64,000 bases of DNA from Eledone cirrhosa. Taxonomy: Eukaryota. Location of the stretch: NCBI GenBank assembly GCA_964016885.1, contig OZ024744.1, positions 7,502,001 through 7,566,000 on the forward strand, in the 5' to 3' direction. The notes below the pieces were generated by a model. It did not search any database. It saw nothing but the letters and a program-made list of their open reading frames with translations, and had not been told where the DNA came from. Every line of letters begins with the position of its first letter. Position 1 is the first letter of the stretch. Shown piece by piece: positions 28,636 to 45,017 of the stretch. The position numbers and the translations under genes are program-made.

Positions 28636-31588
28636 CTAACAGCGCTGCGATCGAATGTGGCTTTTTAGCCCAGCCAATGATCTAAAATGTCTTGCACAGA
28701 GTCGGCAACCAAAACATTCAGTGGGAATAGTCGGCTGTGGTTGGAGTTCGTGTACTTTTGCATGTCGCTTGAGCCCTCCTGCTGATTTACATTCTCTACC
28801 ACATGTTTGACAAGCATGATGAGTAGCATCTCCAACAGCAGCCTGGTAGTCAACCACTGGTCTCACTTTATGACTGCGAAGATGACTTTCGAGTCCAGCT
28901 TTGCTTAGGCTAGTCTCGCACAGACGCTGCATGTCAGCACCATAGGAGGACCCTCGCCGTCTGGAAGTGCAACAGCAATGCCCTTCCTCACATCACGCTT
29001 TACTTTCTCGTATGCGATTCGAGATGCCTCAAAGGTAACTTTTCCCTCATATACAGTCTTTCTCCATTTATTACGATCAGCAGCAATATTTTCCCATGTA
29101 TCAGCAGAGATGTTAGCGTCTTTCAGAGATGCTTTCAAGGAATCCTTATACCTCTTTTTTGGTTTATGTGGCGGTCGCTTTCCTTTAACCAACTCTCCAT
29201 AAAGAGTTGTTTTGGTATTCTAGAATCCTTCATCCTGGCAAGGTGACCACTCCAACGGAGTCGTTGCTTAAGCAACAAGAGCTTCTATACTGTCACACAT
29301 AGAGCTTTCCAAATTCTCGACATCACTGATGTGGACCCTCCAGTGAACGCCATGGATCCGTCTGAGACACATCTGATGGAAACGCTCCAATTGCTTAAGG
29401 TGGTGCCGATATGTGACCCAGATCTCGCAGGCATAAAGAAGACAAGAGAACACACATGCCCTGTACACCTTTACCTTTGTCCTCCTGCATATGTCTCGCC
29501 GACCCCAGAGTCGCCTTTCTAGCTTTCCGAAATGATCACTTGCTTTCCTAATCCTAAGTGAGATTTCACTGTCAAGGTTGCTGTATCGATTGACAGTGCT
29601 TCCCAGGTAGACAAACTGATCAACCACTCCAAGTCGTTTTCCATGCACATAGATGTTTGGTTCAGTGTACTTCTTACCAGAGGCTGGTTGGTACATGACG
29701 ACGGTTTTCTTGAGACTGAGAGTCAAACTTAGGGCAGTGGAAGCGTCAGAAAATGCATTCAAAATGTGCTGCATATCACTCTCTGTGTGCGCTACAAGAT
29801 CGCAATCATCTGCATACAAGAGGTCTCTTATGATTGATGTAAATACTTTTGTTTTTGCAGCAAAGTGGCTGATGTTAAATATGCTGCCTGAGGTTCGATA
29901 TCGGATGTAAACACCATGCTCGCAATTCCTGAATGCAATACAGAAAACCATTGCAAAATATATGGCAAACAGGGTCGGTGCTGGAATATGCCCCTGTTTC
30001 ACTCCATTTTTTACTGAGATAGGCTCCGACATGTTACCTCCGACATTAACCCAAGCCTTCATGTCGTCATGGAAAGACCTAACTAAAGCAAGGAACTTAT
30101 CAGGGCAACCAAGTTTCTGGAGGACCTTCCATAATGCATCTCTGTTAACAGTATCGAAAGCTTTTGTCAGATCGACAAAAACCTGATACAGATCCAAGCC
30201 TTCTTCCATGCACTTCTCCTGGAGCTGTCCATCTGAGAAGATCATATCAGTAGTGCCGCGTGCAGCACGAAAACCAGATTGACTTTCAGGAAGAACACGA
30301 TCTGCAATGTGTGTCAGCAGACGGTCCAGAAGCACCCTACATAAAACTTTCCCTATGACAGAAAGCAATGATATACCTCTGTAGTTCCCACAATCATTCC
30401 CGTTACCCTCTCCCTTGTACAAGATCACCATTACTACATCTCTCCAGTCCTCAGGATCCATTAGCCCATATCCTGCCAAACAAATAGTGAAGATGTTGCA
30501 GGAGTCTCTCAACACCATATTGTAGGAGCTCAGCATGTATGCCATCCATACCTGGAGATCTTCCACTGTTCAGCTTCGAAATAGCCACTGCAACTTCCAC
30601 AAGCGTCGGAGGTTCTGCGAGAGCTACTTTCACAGGACTTTGCGGAATGAGATTGAGGAAATCTTCACTGACGACTGACGGCTGATTCAAAAGATCATCA
30701 AAGTGCTTTCGCCACCTTCGTAGAATTCCTTGTGAGTCACGAAGAAGTTCTTTGCCATCCTTGCTGCGAAGCGGTGTCACCAGAGAAGAAGACGGTCCAT
30801 AAACCTCACGCAAGAGACTGTACAACAGCTTTGTGTTATTGGAATCAGACGCAGTTTGTATCTCACCAGCCTTCTCACTCCACCACTGATCCTTCATCTG
30901 AGAAAGACTCCGCCTAACACGTGATTTTACATCCCTGAGTTCCTCATGCAACGTATTCCTCTCCTGTGGTTTTGCCGTCAAGTAGCGTGACAGATCACGC
31001 CTCTTATCAGCCAACAAGTCTTCTATATGTTCATCATTCTCATCAAACCAGTCCTGATGTTTCCTCTGCGCCAATCCCAGAACACGCCTGCCTACATCAT
31101 AAACCGACTTTTTAAGGGTCGGTCAATCCTCACCAAGATCTGCAGCCTGCATTTCCTCTTCCAATGTCCACTTCACATTTTTAACCTGAAGACGAGCAGC
31201 ATTCAATCTTTTGGGCAGGGCAACACCAGGAGCCCGGATTTTACGTTTAGTGATTAGTTTCACTTTTGCGCGTACCAGGCAGTGGTCTGTCCAGCACTCA
31301 GCTCTACGAAGAACACGAACACACTGCACATCCTGTCTGTCACGCATCCTGACTAGGACGTAGTCCAAAAGATGCCATTCCTTAGATGCAGCATGCATCC
31401 ATGTGGTCTTGAATTCGTTCTTTTGTTGGAATATGGTGTTGGTAACACACAGATCCAGCTCCTCACACATCTGCAGCAGGAGCATACCATTGCTGTTACA
31501 CTTTCCCACCCCATGCCTTCCGATTACATTCCATGTGTTAAAATCCCTGCCCACTCTAGCATTAAAGTCACCAAGCACGATGGCTTTG
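28636..31588 (-). mobile_element. RTE-clade LINE, 5'-truncated and frameshifted (APE end, RT, C2H2 fingers)
   Basis: [54 protein letters not shown]. Confidence 0.95.
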
Positions 31589-31756
31589 TCAAAAAAAAAA
31601 GAAAGTAATAATAATAGTAATAATAATAATAATAATAATAATAGTACACTATTAATGATTATTAATGCACTCGTGCAATGCCTGTGCGTGACGAATAATT
31701 TTAAAGTAAGGAAAGACTGTGCACTGAGCCAATCCCACTCTCTGAGCGACAGTAGC

Positions 31757-32863
<1,107 letters not shown>

Positions 32864-32912
32864 AGAGATTATAGAGATTACAGCAATCAAAGTTCAGTTT
32901 AAGTCATTTATT

Positions 32913-32959
32913 TGCTTACAATTGTTTCCTCCAAACCGAGGTTTGGATTCTTCGGAGCA
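32913..32959 (-). ncRNA. Variant hammerhead (family M, CCGAAGA core)
   Basis: rc: TGCT-CCGAAGA-aTCCAAAC ctcg GTTTGGAg-GAAA-CAATTG-TA-AGCA. Confidence 0.72.
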
Positions 32960-34502
32960 GCTAATTATAACATACTTGACCTCTTTTTCAACCCAAGAGA
33001 CACATAAAACATATGCGCATATTGATCAACAGTGGGGTGACATTCATCAAATGAAATAGCATGGCAATTTACATATAAAGTGTTACATGATAAAAATAAA
33101 ATAAAATAAGTGCAAGAGTGAAAATAAGAGTGAAAATAAAGATAAACATGAAGCGTTGGCAGTCTATGAAGATAAAGCAAGAGGAAAGCTTAGAGTAGTC
33201 AGTGCATGAAGCAATCTCCCGTGTAGCATGCACGCTTGTCTTATCTATACATGATTAGAGTGCGTCAGAATGAGCTTTGCAGGGTCAGGCAGTTGAAGCA
33301 GGCAATCGATCTTATTATATAGGCTGAATTATTAAGTCATTTATTCTCATACATCTGTATGATATACAGTCTCGGATGCGGGGAAACACCAAAATATCAA
33401 AAACCTTCAACATACTATAAACCTTATTGTATCGTAGGCAAGGTCGTACCACTGTCCTTGCTCACACCACCACTCACATAATCCATGAGACGCAATATAT
33501 ATATAGAGAACACGCGTCTATCGTATAATTCGCAGTGGTTCAGCATATAGTCAAGCTATAAACCGTATCCAGTCGGTTCTTAATTAATATATCATGCTGT
33601 CCAAATTCCGGAAGTGCCTGAATGATTAAGGGGAATTAATGCGTAAGGGGAGGTAACTAGCTAGTTATTTTAGTTACATTACTATGCTAAACTACATTAA
33701 TGGTGATTCAAATACGTGTCTATCATGTGAAGTTATAACTAATATCTAGAGTATGGTACCCATTTATAGGTTAGAGAGTTGTTCATTAAGAAGTACAAGG
33801 GTGTATATATTAGGATGATTGCCAACCATTAATTAAGGGGTGTCATATCTGAACGTTCTATAAGAGGAGTCAGACTCTCAAGTCACTGCTCCATGCAAAT
33901 GTAATATAACAGTAGGACCTGGTATGGTCCCACTATTATATATGCCACCCGGTAGGCTCCGGGTCATTGCTTGCCTGCATCTCCAGTAAGTCTTCGGTAT
34001 GGTCCGGAGATCCGATCTCTCATATAAATGCACTAGTCTGGCCATCAGGTAATAGACAACCCCCGTCTCAAGTATAAATGAATTATGTATCACATCTCCA
34101 AGCTAGAGTGGAGTCTATTAATAGGTATAAAAGGAGTCCACATCAAGATGATTACGTGCATAATTCAATGAACTGATCGCTTACAGTATATACTCACTTA
34201 ACAATACGATTATCTATCTAATCATCAATCTATCTCTTGGTGGTAATCCATGCACAGGACTATGCTATCACAACCAGTACCGAGTCCCCAGTTTATACTA
34301 ATCTTATATTTGTGCAATGCAGAATAAGTAGTCCACGGTCGGGATATCAGTATTAGAGGTACAAGGGGGTATTCCCAGGGTAGGTGGCACTCAAATGCTG
34401 TCAGTATTATCTTTAGAGTATAGAGATGGGTGTGGATGTGAGGTGTAAGGTGTGCTACTGATCTTAATTGCTAGGGGTGGTGCCGGTTCCAGTCTGACAT
34501 TA

Positions 34503-35128
34503 TTATATATAGGGTTTAAAGTTTTGGAACGAGTGTTGGAAGCGGTGTTGGCAATTTGCGAACACTTCTGATTTTTTATTAAGGAGATTATGTTTAGAGA
34601 AGATGATAGTATGGGTCTCTAGTAGACAGAGGTTACAAAATTTATCAGGTGGTTTGTACGATGTTGCACTACCTACCACTTCCCATTTAAGTGTATATAT
34701 TTTATTTTTAGTTTTTAGATAGTGTATGTAGCTAGATAGTGAAGTGGAGTTGGCTAGACTGTGTTTTTTGAAAGAGTGGAGGTGCGAATTGTATCTAGTT
34801 TTGAAGCAGTTAGAAGTGGAGCCTATGTAGGTTTCAGAAGAGCTGTTAGTTGTGACTGTACATGAGTATATGATATCCTTGGTTAAGCATTTTTTATCTA
34901 AAGGGCAGGTTCTACTTGATCTACAGTTACAATTACTCTGGGTGCTAGTCTGCCGGTTACTATGCTGTGTAGAAGTTTGGAGGTTAGCTATAGGGTTATG
35001 GTTATGCGGGTTGTGGTATGCAGCGTTAATGTTTACACTAGTGCTATTACTACTATTTCCATTGATATTACGGTTATTTGTTATAATGTTACTTTGACTG
35101 TTATTTTGAATGTTATTTTGAAGGTTTA
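34503..35128 (-). pseudogene. Naiad-type linker plus GIY-YIG endonuclease (open frame, 5'-truncated)
   Basis: CNCRSSRTCPLDKKC..IIY..YIGST..FKTRYNSH..SF..CNLCLLE..LLNKKSE..CQH. Confidence 0.92.
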
Positions 35129-35135
35129 TCGACCG

Positions 35136-35520
35136 TTGATATAGATTAGACTCAATGATATATGCACCTTTCCACAAACCTAATGAAAAACTCATCTACG
35201 TAGATACCAAGTCTAACCACCCTAAATCTATATTGAACTCTATCTCTGAAGGGAGTATCTAATAGAATCTCTAATCTATCCTATGACATAAACACATTTA
35301 ATAATAACTCGCAGTATTATAATCAGGCATTAGCTAGATCAGGCCATAATACAGGGATAGAGTTCCTACCTACAAAAACACATAGCTACAACATCATTTC
35401 ACACATGTCCATGGGAAAATTTAGTAATAAGAATAGCAACTGCACACACACTAATAGGGATTGTAACAACAAGAGTAACCCGCACCACAGAAATGACCAT
35501 AGGAACATTAAAGGAAACAT
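35136..35520 (+). pseudogene. Naiad RT thumb fragment, inverted relative to the adjacent GIY-YIG
   Basis: YAPFHKPNEKLIYVDTKSNHPKSI..NRISNLS..YYNQALARSG. Confidence 0.85.
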
Positions 35521-35743
35521 CTGTATACATATATGTATGTACGTATACATACATACTTACATTCAAGTAAGTGCCAAAGTAAGAGTGAGAAATGAAATTT
35601 CGTTTTCATTTTTTTTCAACTTATCGTTTTCGGTATGCCTGACCGATTTAACTCACTCAATATGCAAATTAGGCTGCTCAGCCGTTAATTTTCATAAGGA
35701 AAGTATATACTTTCGAACGTTCAACTATCTGGCAGATGGGTAA

Positions 35744-35786
35744 ACGGTGCTGATGATAGCTAACAAGCTTGAAACTAGTACATCGT
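35744..35786 (+). ncRNA. Hammerhead (family N)
   Basis: ACGGTG-CTGATGA-tAGCT aaca AGCTt-GAAA-CTAG-TA-CATCGT. Confidence 0.82.
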
Positions 35787-35987
35787 TCCTGTGTCAGTGT
35801 TGAACAAAAAGGTGACGTGGTTGCCTTCACACCGTATGGCATAAATTCAGGCTGTTCTGTTTGTTGACAAACAAACGAACAAAGCTGCGTTATAATAAAC
35901 GTCGGCTAAACTGATGCGTGCATATATGTATGTGTACCTGTGTGCATGTATGTATATGTATGTATGTATATATATATATATATATAT

Positions 35988-36193
35988 AACGAAGGAAATG
36001 TGGTAAGGAACCAGGTGGACCATAACGCACCAAAGTACTCAATACTTGAGGTAGTAGAGTGGGTAATAGGAACCAGTAAGACCCCGACAGCTGAGCTCAA
36101 GCCGTTTCGACGGCTAATTCTGGACTAAAATGATTTTAGTCCAGAATTAGCCGTCGAAACGGCTTGAGCTCAGCTGTCGGGGTCTTACTGGTT

Positions 36194-36198
<5 letters not shown>
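35988..36198. mobile_element. Family B mini fold-back element
   Basis: Apex ggactaaaatgattttagtcc. Confidence 0.9.
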
Positions 36199-36245
<47 letters not shown>

Positions 36246-36414
36246 CATGCTACTGTACGTCTGTATACATATATGTATGTACGTATACATACATACTTAC
36301 ATTTAAGTAAGTGCCATACTAAGAGTGAGAAATGAAATTTCGTTTTCATTTTTTTTCATCATATATATATATATATATATACATACATATATACATACAT
36401 AGATATATATATAA

Positions 36415-36469
<55 letters not shown>

Positions 36470-36490
36470 CATACATACATATATATATAC

Positions 36491-36524
<34 letters not shown>

Positions 36525-36545
36525 ATATACATACATATATATATT

Positions 36546-36601
<56 letters not shown>

Positions 36602-36637
36602 CATACATACATATATATATACATATATACATACATA

Positions 36638-36714
<77 letters not shown>

Positions 36715-36756
36715 GTATGTATATATATATGTATATGTATGTATATATATATATAA

Positions 36757-37364
36757 ATGGTGGCTGCCAACTCGTTTTCGAGTACGGCCACTACTGTATA
36801 TCCATGTAGGAGAACCCCTACTGATGTGCTAAACGAGTGTGACTTTTTGGTCCAGCCAGCGACTTGAAAACTCTTGTACAAACACTACACTTGTGACAAT
36901 TATTGACACATAGTGCTAGGCCTATAGTACCATGTGACGACAAGTGCAGAGAGATCTCCAGATATAAAGCAATGCCTGTGCCGTGAAGCTTTTATAGTGA
37001 GCAAAGGCACTGCACAAAGCCAACCCACTCTCTTAACCAAGATGATATTTACCAAAAAGAAGAACAAGTCAACATCATTGGATACCATCAGGGTTGCAGG
37101 TGTTATATCAGAGTTTTCCTTCTCCTAGAATTCTGCCTTGACAAAGGCTAAGGGGTCATCTCTCCTAGTGATTTTGGATGGTCATTGACTCTTAAGAGCT
37201 CCTTTGCCCTCTGACAGGTTTTGTTTTTAGTCCTGCAGGAACTCCAAAGTCACCCTCCTCACCAAGAAACCTAGGTGGGGTTGCCAGTTTATTCGCCAAC
37301 GCCCAGACCATGTGACAGGTTGTACTGGGATACATGTTAGCAGTAGCACCAACTGGTGACCTGA
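36757..37364 (+). mobile_element. Family J non-coding ~600-bp element, full length
   Basis: ATGGTGGCTGCC..CTGGTGACCTGA followed by (CATA)n. Confidence 0.88.
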
Positions 37365-37377
37365 CATACATACATAC

Positions 37378-37829
37378 ATGGTGGCTGCCAACTCGTTTTC
37401 GAGTGCGGCCACTACTTTATATGTATGTAGGAGAACCCCTGCCGTTGCCCTGAACGAGTATGACTTTTTAGTCCAGTCAGCGACTTGAAAACTCTGGTAC
37501 AACCACTACACTTGCGACAATGTTTGACACATAGTATTGGGCCCATGGTACCACGTGACGACAAGTGCAGAGAGATCTCCAGATATAAAGCAATGCCTGT
37601 GCCGTGAAGCTTTTATAGTGAGCAAAGGCACTGCACAAAGCCAGTCCCACTCTCTTAACCAAGATGATATTTACCAAAAAGAAGAACAAGTCAACATCTT
37701 TGGATACCATCAGGGTTGCAGGTGTTATATCAGAGTTTTCCCTCTAGAATTCTGCCTCAACAAAGGCTAAGGGGTCATCTCTCCCAGTGATTTGGGATGG
37801 CCATTGACTCTTAAGAGCTCCTTTGTCCT
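37378..37829 (+). mobile_element. Family J, 3'-truncated or interrupted
   Basis: Tandem to the previous copy across a short CATA tract. Confidence 0.85.
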
Positions 37830-37908
37830 ATATATATACATATATATACATACATACATACATATACACACATATACATACATACATATACATACATACA
37901 TACATACA

Positions 37909-37940
<32 letters not shown>

Positions 37941-37985
37941 CATATATATACATATATATATATATACATACATACATACATATAC

Positions 37986-38026
<41 letters not shown>

Positions 38027-38080
38027 CATACATATATATGTACATACATATATATATATATACATACATACATACATACA

Positions 38081-38116
<36 letters not shown>

Positions 38117-38301
38117 CATACATACATATATACATACAAATATATATATGTACATACATACATACATATATACATACATACATACATACTTACATATACA
38201 TACATACATACATACATATACACATATATATACATATACATACATACATATACACATACATACATACATATACATATACATACATACATATACATATATA
38301 T

Positions 38302-38332
<31 letters not shown>

Positions 38333-38334
38333 CA

Positions 38335-38368
<34 letters not shown>

Positions 38369-38379
38369 CATACATACAT

Positions 38380-38862
38380 GTATGGCACTAAGGAATACTG
38401 GTGGAACCTGAAAATAAAAACTGCCACCAAATTAAAGCACAACCGGCCTGATATTGTAGTTTGGGACCACACATTGAAAACGTGTTCTGTTGTGGAGATC
38501 AGCTGCCCACTTGATGTAAACGTTGTCAGAAAAATACAGGAGAAGGAGGACATCTACGGACCATTGATGAGGAGCTTACAAATCCAGTATCCAAGATACA
38601 CCTTTAGCTTCATACCCATCATTATTGGAGCTACGGGTTATATACCAACCCGTTTGGACCAAAATATGACTGAACTTGGATTTGCGGACAAAAAGCGCAG
38701 CTCCCTAATTCATAGTCTACAAATGGCTGCGATAGCTGGCACCTTCAAAATATGCAAAACATTCTTGCGATTCAAGGGATGACAATTTCTTTTCTTTTAC
38801 AACCTTGCCACCAGGAAGGTGGCCGGTCAAAAAAATATACTCGAAATTAAGAGAAAGAGAAA
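38380..38862 (+). mobile_element. R4/Dong-type RLE retrotransposon family K, 3' fragment
   Basis: [22 protein letters not shown] (PD-(D/E)xK-type nuclease); CATA flanks. Confidence 0.88.
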
Positions 38863-39824
<962 letters not shown>

Positions 39825-40431
39825 ATGGTCACTGCCAACTCGTTTTCGAGTATGGCCACTACTTTATATCCATGTAAGAGAACCCCTACCGATGCGCTGA
39901 ACGAGTGACTTTTTAGTCCAGCCAGCAACTTCAAAACTCTGGTACAAATACTACACTTGTGACAATTATTGACACATAGTGCTGGGTCCATGGTACCATG
40001 TGACGACAAGTGCAGAGAGATCTACAGATACAAAGCAATGCCTGTGCCGTGAAGCTTTTATAGTGAGTAAAGGCACTGCACAAAGCCAGTCCCACTTTCT
40101 TAACCAAGATGATATTTACCAAAAAGAAGAACAAGTCAACATCATTGGATACCATCAGGGTTGCAGGTGTTATATCAGAGTTTTCCTTCTCCTAGAATTC
40201 TGCCTTGACAAAGGCTAAGGGGTCATCTCTCCCGGTGATTTTGGAAGGCCATTGACTCTTAAGAGCTCCTTTGCCCTTTGACAGGTTTTGTTTTTAGTCC
40301 TGCAGGATGTCCAAAGTCACCCTCCTCACCAAGAAACCTTGGTGGGGTTGCCAGTTTAGTCGCCAACGACCCGACCAGGAGACAGGTTGTACTGGGATAC
40401 ATGTTACCAGTAGCACCAACTGGTGACCTGA
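39825..40431 (+). mobile_element. Family J, full length
   Basis: Same termini as the 36757 copy; CATA flanks. Confidence 0.88.
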
Positions 40432-40492
40432 CATACATATATATACATACATATATACATACATATATATATATATACATACATATATATAT

Positions 40493-40523
<31 letters not shown>

Positions 40524-40549
40524 CATATATATATACATACATACATACA

Positions 40550-43500
40550 ATGGCGACCGTTGTTGTCAGTGTCCGATAATCGGACGTGTGTAATTACGGC
40601 TTACATGAAGGCAACATACCATATATTGGAAAAAGTTGAGCTACATTACGCGGTAAGATCACATACAATAATTCTACATAAGTGTTTGAACTGTAAGTGT
40701 GTTGTAAAACACCTATTTATATGAACGATACATACACTTATGATATATGAACGATACATACACTTTAACATATAAATGCAACGTTGTTATATTACATTTA
40801 TAAAGAAATATACAAGTAACGTTTTCGATTCAGAAACAAAAACATAAGTGTTTGAACTGTGAATATGCTGTGAATAAGTTGTAGAACACCTATTTATATG
40901 AATGATACATACACTTTAACATATAAATATAGCGTTGTTATATTATATTACATTCATAAAAAATATACTAAGTAACGGTTTTTTTTGTTCTCGATTCAAA
41001 CGATTCAAGAACAACGTTTAAAACACAGTTGTAGAATTAAAAACTAACTGAAAAGAAATATTACCCAAGCTGTGAATAACTTTAAATTTGATTCTGACAG
41101 AACTTTGTCGAAACTTTTAAAGAAGATCATCGACTATTTTGAAAAATAAATACAAAATATTAGTGAAAAGACGAACTCATCATGGCAAGTCTCCTTCGAC
41201 CAAATCGCAACTACAACCGTTGTATACAGTGGAGCTACGAGCTTAACAAAGAATTATATGAAGCATACAAACAATCTGAACCCCAAAAGTTCGGTTTTAT
41301 GCAAAGGCTAAAAACTTTATGGAACTCCAAACACCCAGAATTAGACTTTTCTCCAAAGCATCTAAATGAACAGGCAAAACGTATCATTAGATGTAAATTG
41401 ATACATCTAACGGAATTGAGTGATACTACAAATACAGCCCTTGTAGACAACCACCCCACCTCCACTGACAGACAAAGAGAATGGCCAGCTAAATCTAACA
41501 GTGAACAGCTCACCAACAATTTTGCTGAAATCCATCCCATTTCCACTGAAGAACAGCGAGAATGGTCAGCTAACTCTAGTATTAATTGTCACCACATCAA
41601 CAACGAGGCTGAAATTCATGACTCTACTGTACAAACAGAACACCAAAAACTTGTGGACACCTTACAAGTGATATGGGACGATATGTTTCAAGAGATACAC
41701 AGCCTTAATGTGAGTGACAGACCATACAACACCAGAATCAGTAAAGAACCTACTAAATTGGAATTGGAAGCGGTGAACGAAATAGCTGGCAATTATCTGA
41801 AGGCTATACGATCTAAAGGTGTAGAAACGACATTTGAAATGCTTAATATTTTGTTATATGTTTCAGCTGTCACATTGCTATCATATATCACACATCTAAA
41901 ACCACGCAATCAAGATACAAACAAAAAGACTGAACGAGCGTGGATGCGAATTTAAAAAGCAAAATTTTGTCCCGAGACGAAGTATGTCACACATCGCAGT
42001 CGTTATGAAATGCAACACGGCACCAGGAAGACCTAAAAAAAAAGTTAGAGAGACGATTTGGAGATCCAAAATTTAAAACTTTGAACTCCAAATTACACCA
42101 GTTGAAACAACAACTCACAGATACCACAGAAAGAATAAAATATAAGTCAACAGCACATAAACGACAAGTGTTAAATTGATTGTTTGCCAGAGATCCTAAA
42201 TCAGTTTATCGCAGCTTCGGTGGCAAAAGCTCAATCCCTGTAAATGACACCCCTTCAAAGGAACAGGTTGAGAGCTACTGGAGTTGTGTATGGGAAACGG
42301 ATGACGGATTCAACAGACAAACTAATTGGCTAAAAGAACTGGAACAGGACTACTGCCAACATGTCCAGACAAAACAATATGACATAAATGGGTCAATACT
42401 GGAAACAGCTCAACAGAAAATGTCGAATAGGAAATCACCAGGCCCAGACCTCATTACAGGATACTGGTTGAAGAATTTCACTTTCTATCGGCAAGATCTC
42501 ATACGGCTGTTTACAGAAACCATTAAAGGCACACAAGAACTGCCCAGATGGTTATCAACTGCCACTACTCTCCTCATTCCCCAAAATAGCCAAACCGCCC
42601 TTGCTAAAAATTACCGCCCAATTGCCTGCCAAAACATCATGTATAAATTATATACTAGGTGCCTTAACCTGTTCTTACAGGATCACTGCGCTACCAACAA
42701 CATCATAACACCTGAGCAAGCTGGTGAAAAGAGGGAGGTGTGGGGTTGCATAGATCACCTACTAACTAATAAAATGATTCAGGAACAAACAACAAAGAAT
42801 CGCAGAAACATGACTGTCGTGTGACTGGACTATCAAAAAGCATTTGATAGTGTACCTCATGGGTGGATTATTAAGGCTTTACAGTTAGCTAAAGTCCCAC
42901 AACCATTGGTAGCTGCTGTTGAACGCCTGACCAATTTGATACTTAGAGGTGAGAGGGAGCAGGTTAAGACTGATAAGATACATTACCAGAAGGGCATCTT
43001 TCAGGGTGATAGCTTGTCAGTGCTACTCTTTGTTCTCTCACCAAATCCACTATCTTACCTACTCAGGGAACAAGGTGGACAAAGAAGTGGGTCCAGAAGT
43101 ATCTCCCATCTTTTCTTTGTTGATGACCTGAAGTTGTATGAGCCAAATATCAATGACATCAAGAAACAATTGGACCTCATTACACAATTTTCAACAGACA
43201 TCAAAATGAAATTTGGTGAGTCCAAGTGTGCATATTTGGCAGTGAAACGAGGAAGAGCTGTGCCCTCCTCTAGAAATCTAGAGATGAACGGCCTAACAAT
43301 ACAACCCCTACAGTCAGGTGACAACTATAGATATCTTGGACAGGATGAGAATGTCAGATATGATGGACCCATAAATAAGGAGAGAACCAGAACTGAATAC
43401 CTCAGAAGAGTAAAGAAAATATGGTCATCAGAACTGTCAGCGTACAACAAATACATTGCCCACAATACTTATGCTGTGCCAATTCTAACGCCAACATTTG

Positions 43501-44077
43501 GCCTGCTGAACTGGTCATTGCAAGAACTAAGTGATATGGATGTTAGAACTCGCAAACTTCTCAGTGTTACTGGGAACTTTAACATGAATGGTGATGTGGA
43601 TAGGCTATACTTCTCACGCAAGGAATGTGGCCGGGGTCTAAAATCCATATTAACAACATATGAGACCCGGATAGTAACACTGAAGCAACATCTTCAACAG
43701 AGGAAGAAAGTTGGCAACCATCTTGCCCAGGTTTATGAGCATGAAAAAAAAAATATCATTAGAATAGCAACTGATCTGGGGGAGAGATATGGAATAAAGG
43801 CTGATATAAATCTCTCACCCAGAGAAATCGGAAGATCCTATTCAATGTTCAAACAAGATGAAAAAATTGACCAATTAACAGAAAAAGTTGTGCATGGATT
43901 TGCGGACAAAAAGCGCAGCTCCCTAATTCATAGTCTACAAATGGCTGCGAAGCTGGCACCTTCAAAATTTTCAAAACATTCTTGCGATTCAAGGGATGAC
44001 AATTTCTTTTCTTTTAGAACCTTGCCACCAGGAAGGTGGCCGGTCAAAAAGATATACTCGAAATTAAGAGAAAGAGA
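40550..44077 (+). mobile_element. R4/Dong-type retrotransposon family K, near full length with internal deletion
   Basis: CATA flanks; 3' end matches 38677-38860; the 5' UTR assignment (40550-41181) is inferred. Confidence 0.88.
41182..43998 (+). pseudogene. R4-clade ORF (N-terminal domain plus RT) with stops and frameshifts
   Basis: [69 protein letters not shown]. Confidence 0.93.
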
Positions 44078-44397
44078 CATATATATATACATACATACAT
44101 ACATATATAGATATACATACATACATATATATATATATACATACATATATATATATATACATACATACATATATATATATACATACATACATATATATAT
44201 ATACATACATATATATATATATACATACATATATATATATACATACATTCATATATATATATATACATACATACATATATATATATATATACATACATAC
44301 ATATATATATATATACATACATACATACATATATATATATACATACATACATATATATATATATACATACATACATATATATATATACATACATATA

Positions 44398-44429
<32 letters not shown>

Positions 44430-44622
44430 CATATATATATATACATACATACATATATATATATACATACATACATATATATATATATACATACATACAT
44501 ATATATATATACATACATATATATATATATACATACATATATATATATATACATACATACATATATATATATATATACATACATATATATATACATACAT
44601 ATAGGCATACATACATATATAC

Positions 44623-44972
44623 ATGGTGGCTGCCAACTCGTTTTCGAGTACGGCCACTACTTTATATCCATGTTGGAGAACTCCTACCGATGCTCTGAAC
44701 GAGTGTGACTTTTTAGTCCAGCCAGCGACTTGAAAACTCTGGTACAAACACTACACTTGTGACAAATATTGACACATAGTACTGGGCCCATGGTACCATG
44801 TGACGACAAGTGCAGAGAGATCTCCAGATATAAAGCAATGCCTGTGCCATGAAGCTTTTATAGTGAGCAAAGGCACTGCACAAAGCCAGTCCCACTCTCT
44901 TAACCAAGATGATATTTACCAAAAAGAAGAACAAGTCAACATCATTGGATACCATCAGGGTTGCAGGTGTTA
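44623..44972 (+). mobile_element. Family J 5' part
   Basis: Matches the J 5' ~350 nt. Confidence 0.85.
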
Positions 44973-45017
44973 TAGCCGTACTCGAAAACGAGTTGGCAGC
45001 CACCATGTATGTATATA

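Larger units (their letters stand above)
32864..35520 (-). mobile_element. Family M Naiad-type PLE with long 3' region and 5' inversion
   Basis: Hammerhead near the TA junction is co-oriented with the GIY-YIG ORF; continuity of 33000-34500 is inferred. Confidence 0.6.
35521..36360 (+). mobile_element. Family N element, ~1.2 tandem units interrupted by family B
   Basis: Direct repeat 35521-35617 / 36261-36358 with a hammerhead between. Confidence 0.72.

Noticed and set aside
40550-41181. HDV-like ribozyme in the R4-type 5' UTR
   Set aside because: Only a small hairpin (GTCCGA taa TCGGAC) is visible and I could not assemble the double pseudoknot by eye. A descriptor search would be needed.
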